Of a DNA stretch of 64,000 nt, positions 63,392-64,000 are shown piece by piece; position 1 is the stretch's first letter; each line of letters begins with the position of its first letter. The notes under the pieces are model-generated. The model saw only the letters and a list, made by a program, of their open reading frames with translations. It searched no databases and was not told where the DNA came from. The translations under genes and the position numbers were made by a program. Location: contig NW_027140453.1 of assembly GCF_036365525.1 (NCBI RefSeq), forward strand, positions 1,116,001-1,180,000, written 5' to 3'. This stretch comes from Heterodontus francisci (Eukaryota).

Positions 63392-64000
63392 GATTTCTTC
63401 ATTCGATACCAACTCGATGTGTGAACGTGTGGAGTTTTCAACAACACACTTGCAGGCGGTTTCTATATTATATCCAATTAAATACCCAGCATCCGGTTGT
63501 CATTGTTATTGGCAGTCACTTACTGCGACACTCTGCTCCACCCCATTACATTGTATAGCAATGTTGTAGAATGATACAACACAGGAGGATAGGGGGAGAT
63601 TGAATAGAGGTGTTCACATTTCAGAAAGGGATTTGATAGAGTAGAATTCAGGGAAGCAACCCTCTATACCCAGAGAGTGTGTACATCCCTTATTGCCCCT
63701 GAGAAGGTGGTGGTGAACCATCTTCGGAATTACCTTCTGGGCCATATCAGAGGGCAGTTAGTCGTCAACCACATTGCTGTGGGTCTGCAGTCACATATAG
63801 GCCAGACCGGGTAAGAATGGCAGATTTCCTTCCCTGAAGGTCATCAATGAATACGTTAGGTTTTTACGACATTCCATGTTCAGAATTGCTCTTACTTTCC
63901 ATTACAGATTTTATTTATTTACTTAATTAAATTTAAATTCAATTTCTGCCCTGGTGAGAATTGAACTCAAGTCTGGAGATCATTAGTCAAGGCCTCTGGA

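Overview
This is a eukaryotic, repeat-rich window from the 3' part of a cartilaginous-fish (shark-type) T-cell receptor beta locus. The Cβ protein resembles the horn shark TCRβ as I recall it; I did not verify this by search. The + strand carries 13 J or J-like segments (1.4-14.0 kb; 10 canonical, one frameshifted, one Phe->Ser, one donor-less), the four Cβ exons (14125-17261) and a candidate 3' enhancer (~20.8-21.1 kb). The Dβ and most Vβ of this cluster must lie outside the window. The - strand, facing the main cluster tail-to-tail, carries a second, deeply diverged TCRβ-like cassette that the ORF track does not resolve: D (41647-41660, RSS on both sides), J (41330-41378), C Ig exon (32021-32359), connecting-peptide exon (26733-26750), CART-type TM exon (26369-26478) and a likely cytoplasmic exon. 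As assembled, this cassette has several inactivating lesions. Upstream of it, in the same orientation, lie inverted Vβ genes: two TRBV30-like, two of a second family, plus V relics. 45-bp minisatellites made of tandem CTCF-like motifs sit next to V RSSs and between the V genes and the second D. The rest is CR1/RTE LINE fragments, SINEs, simple repeats, satellites and N gaps.
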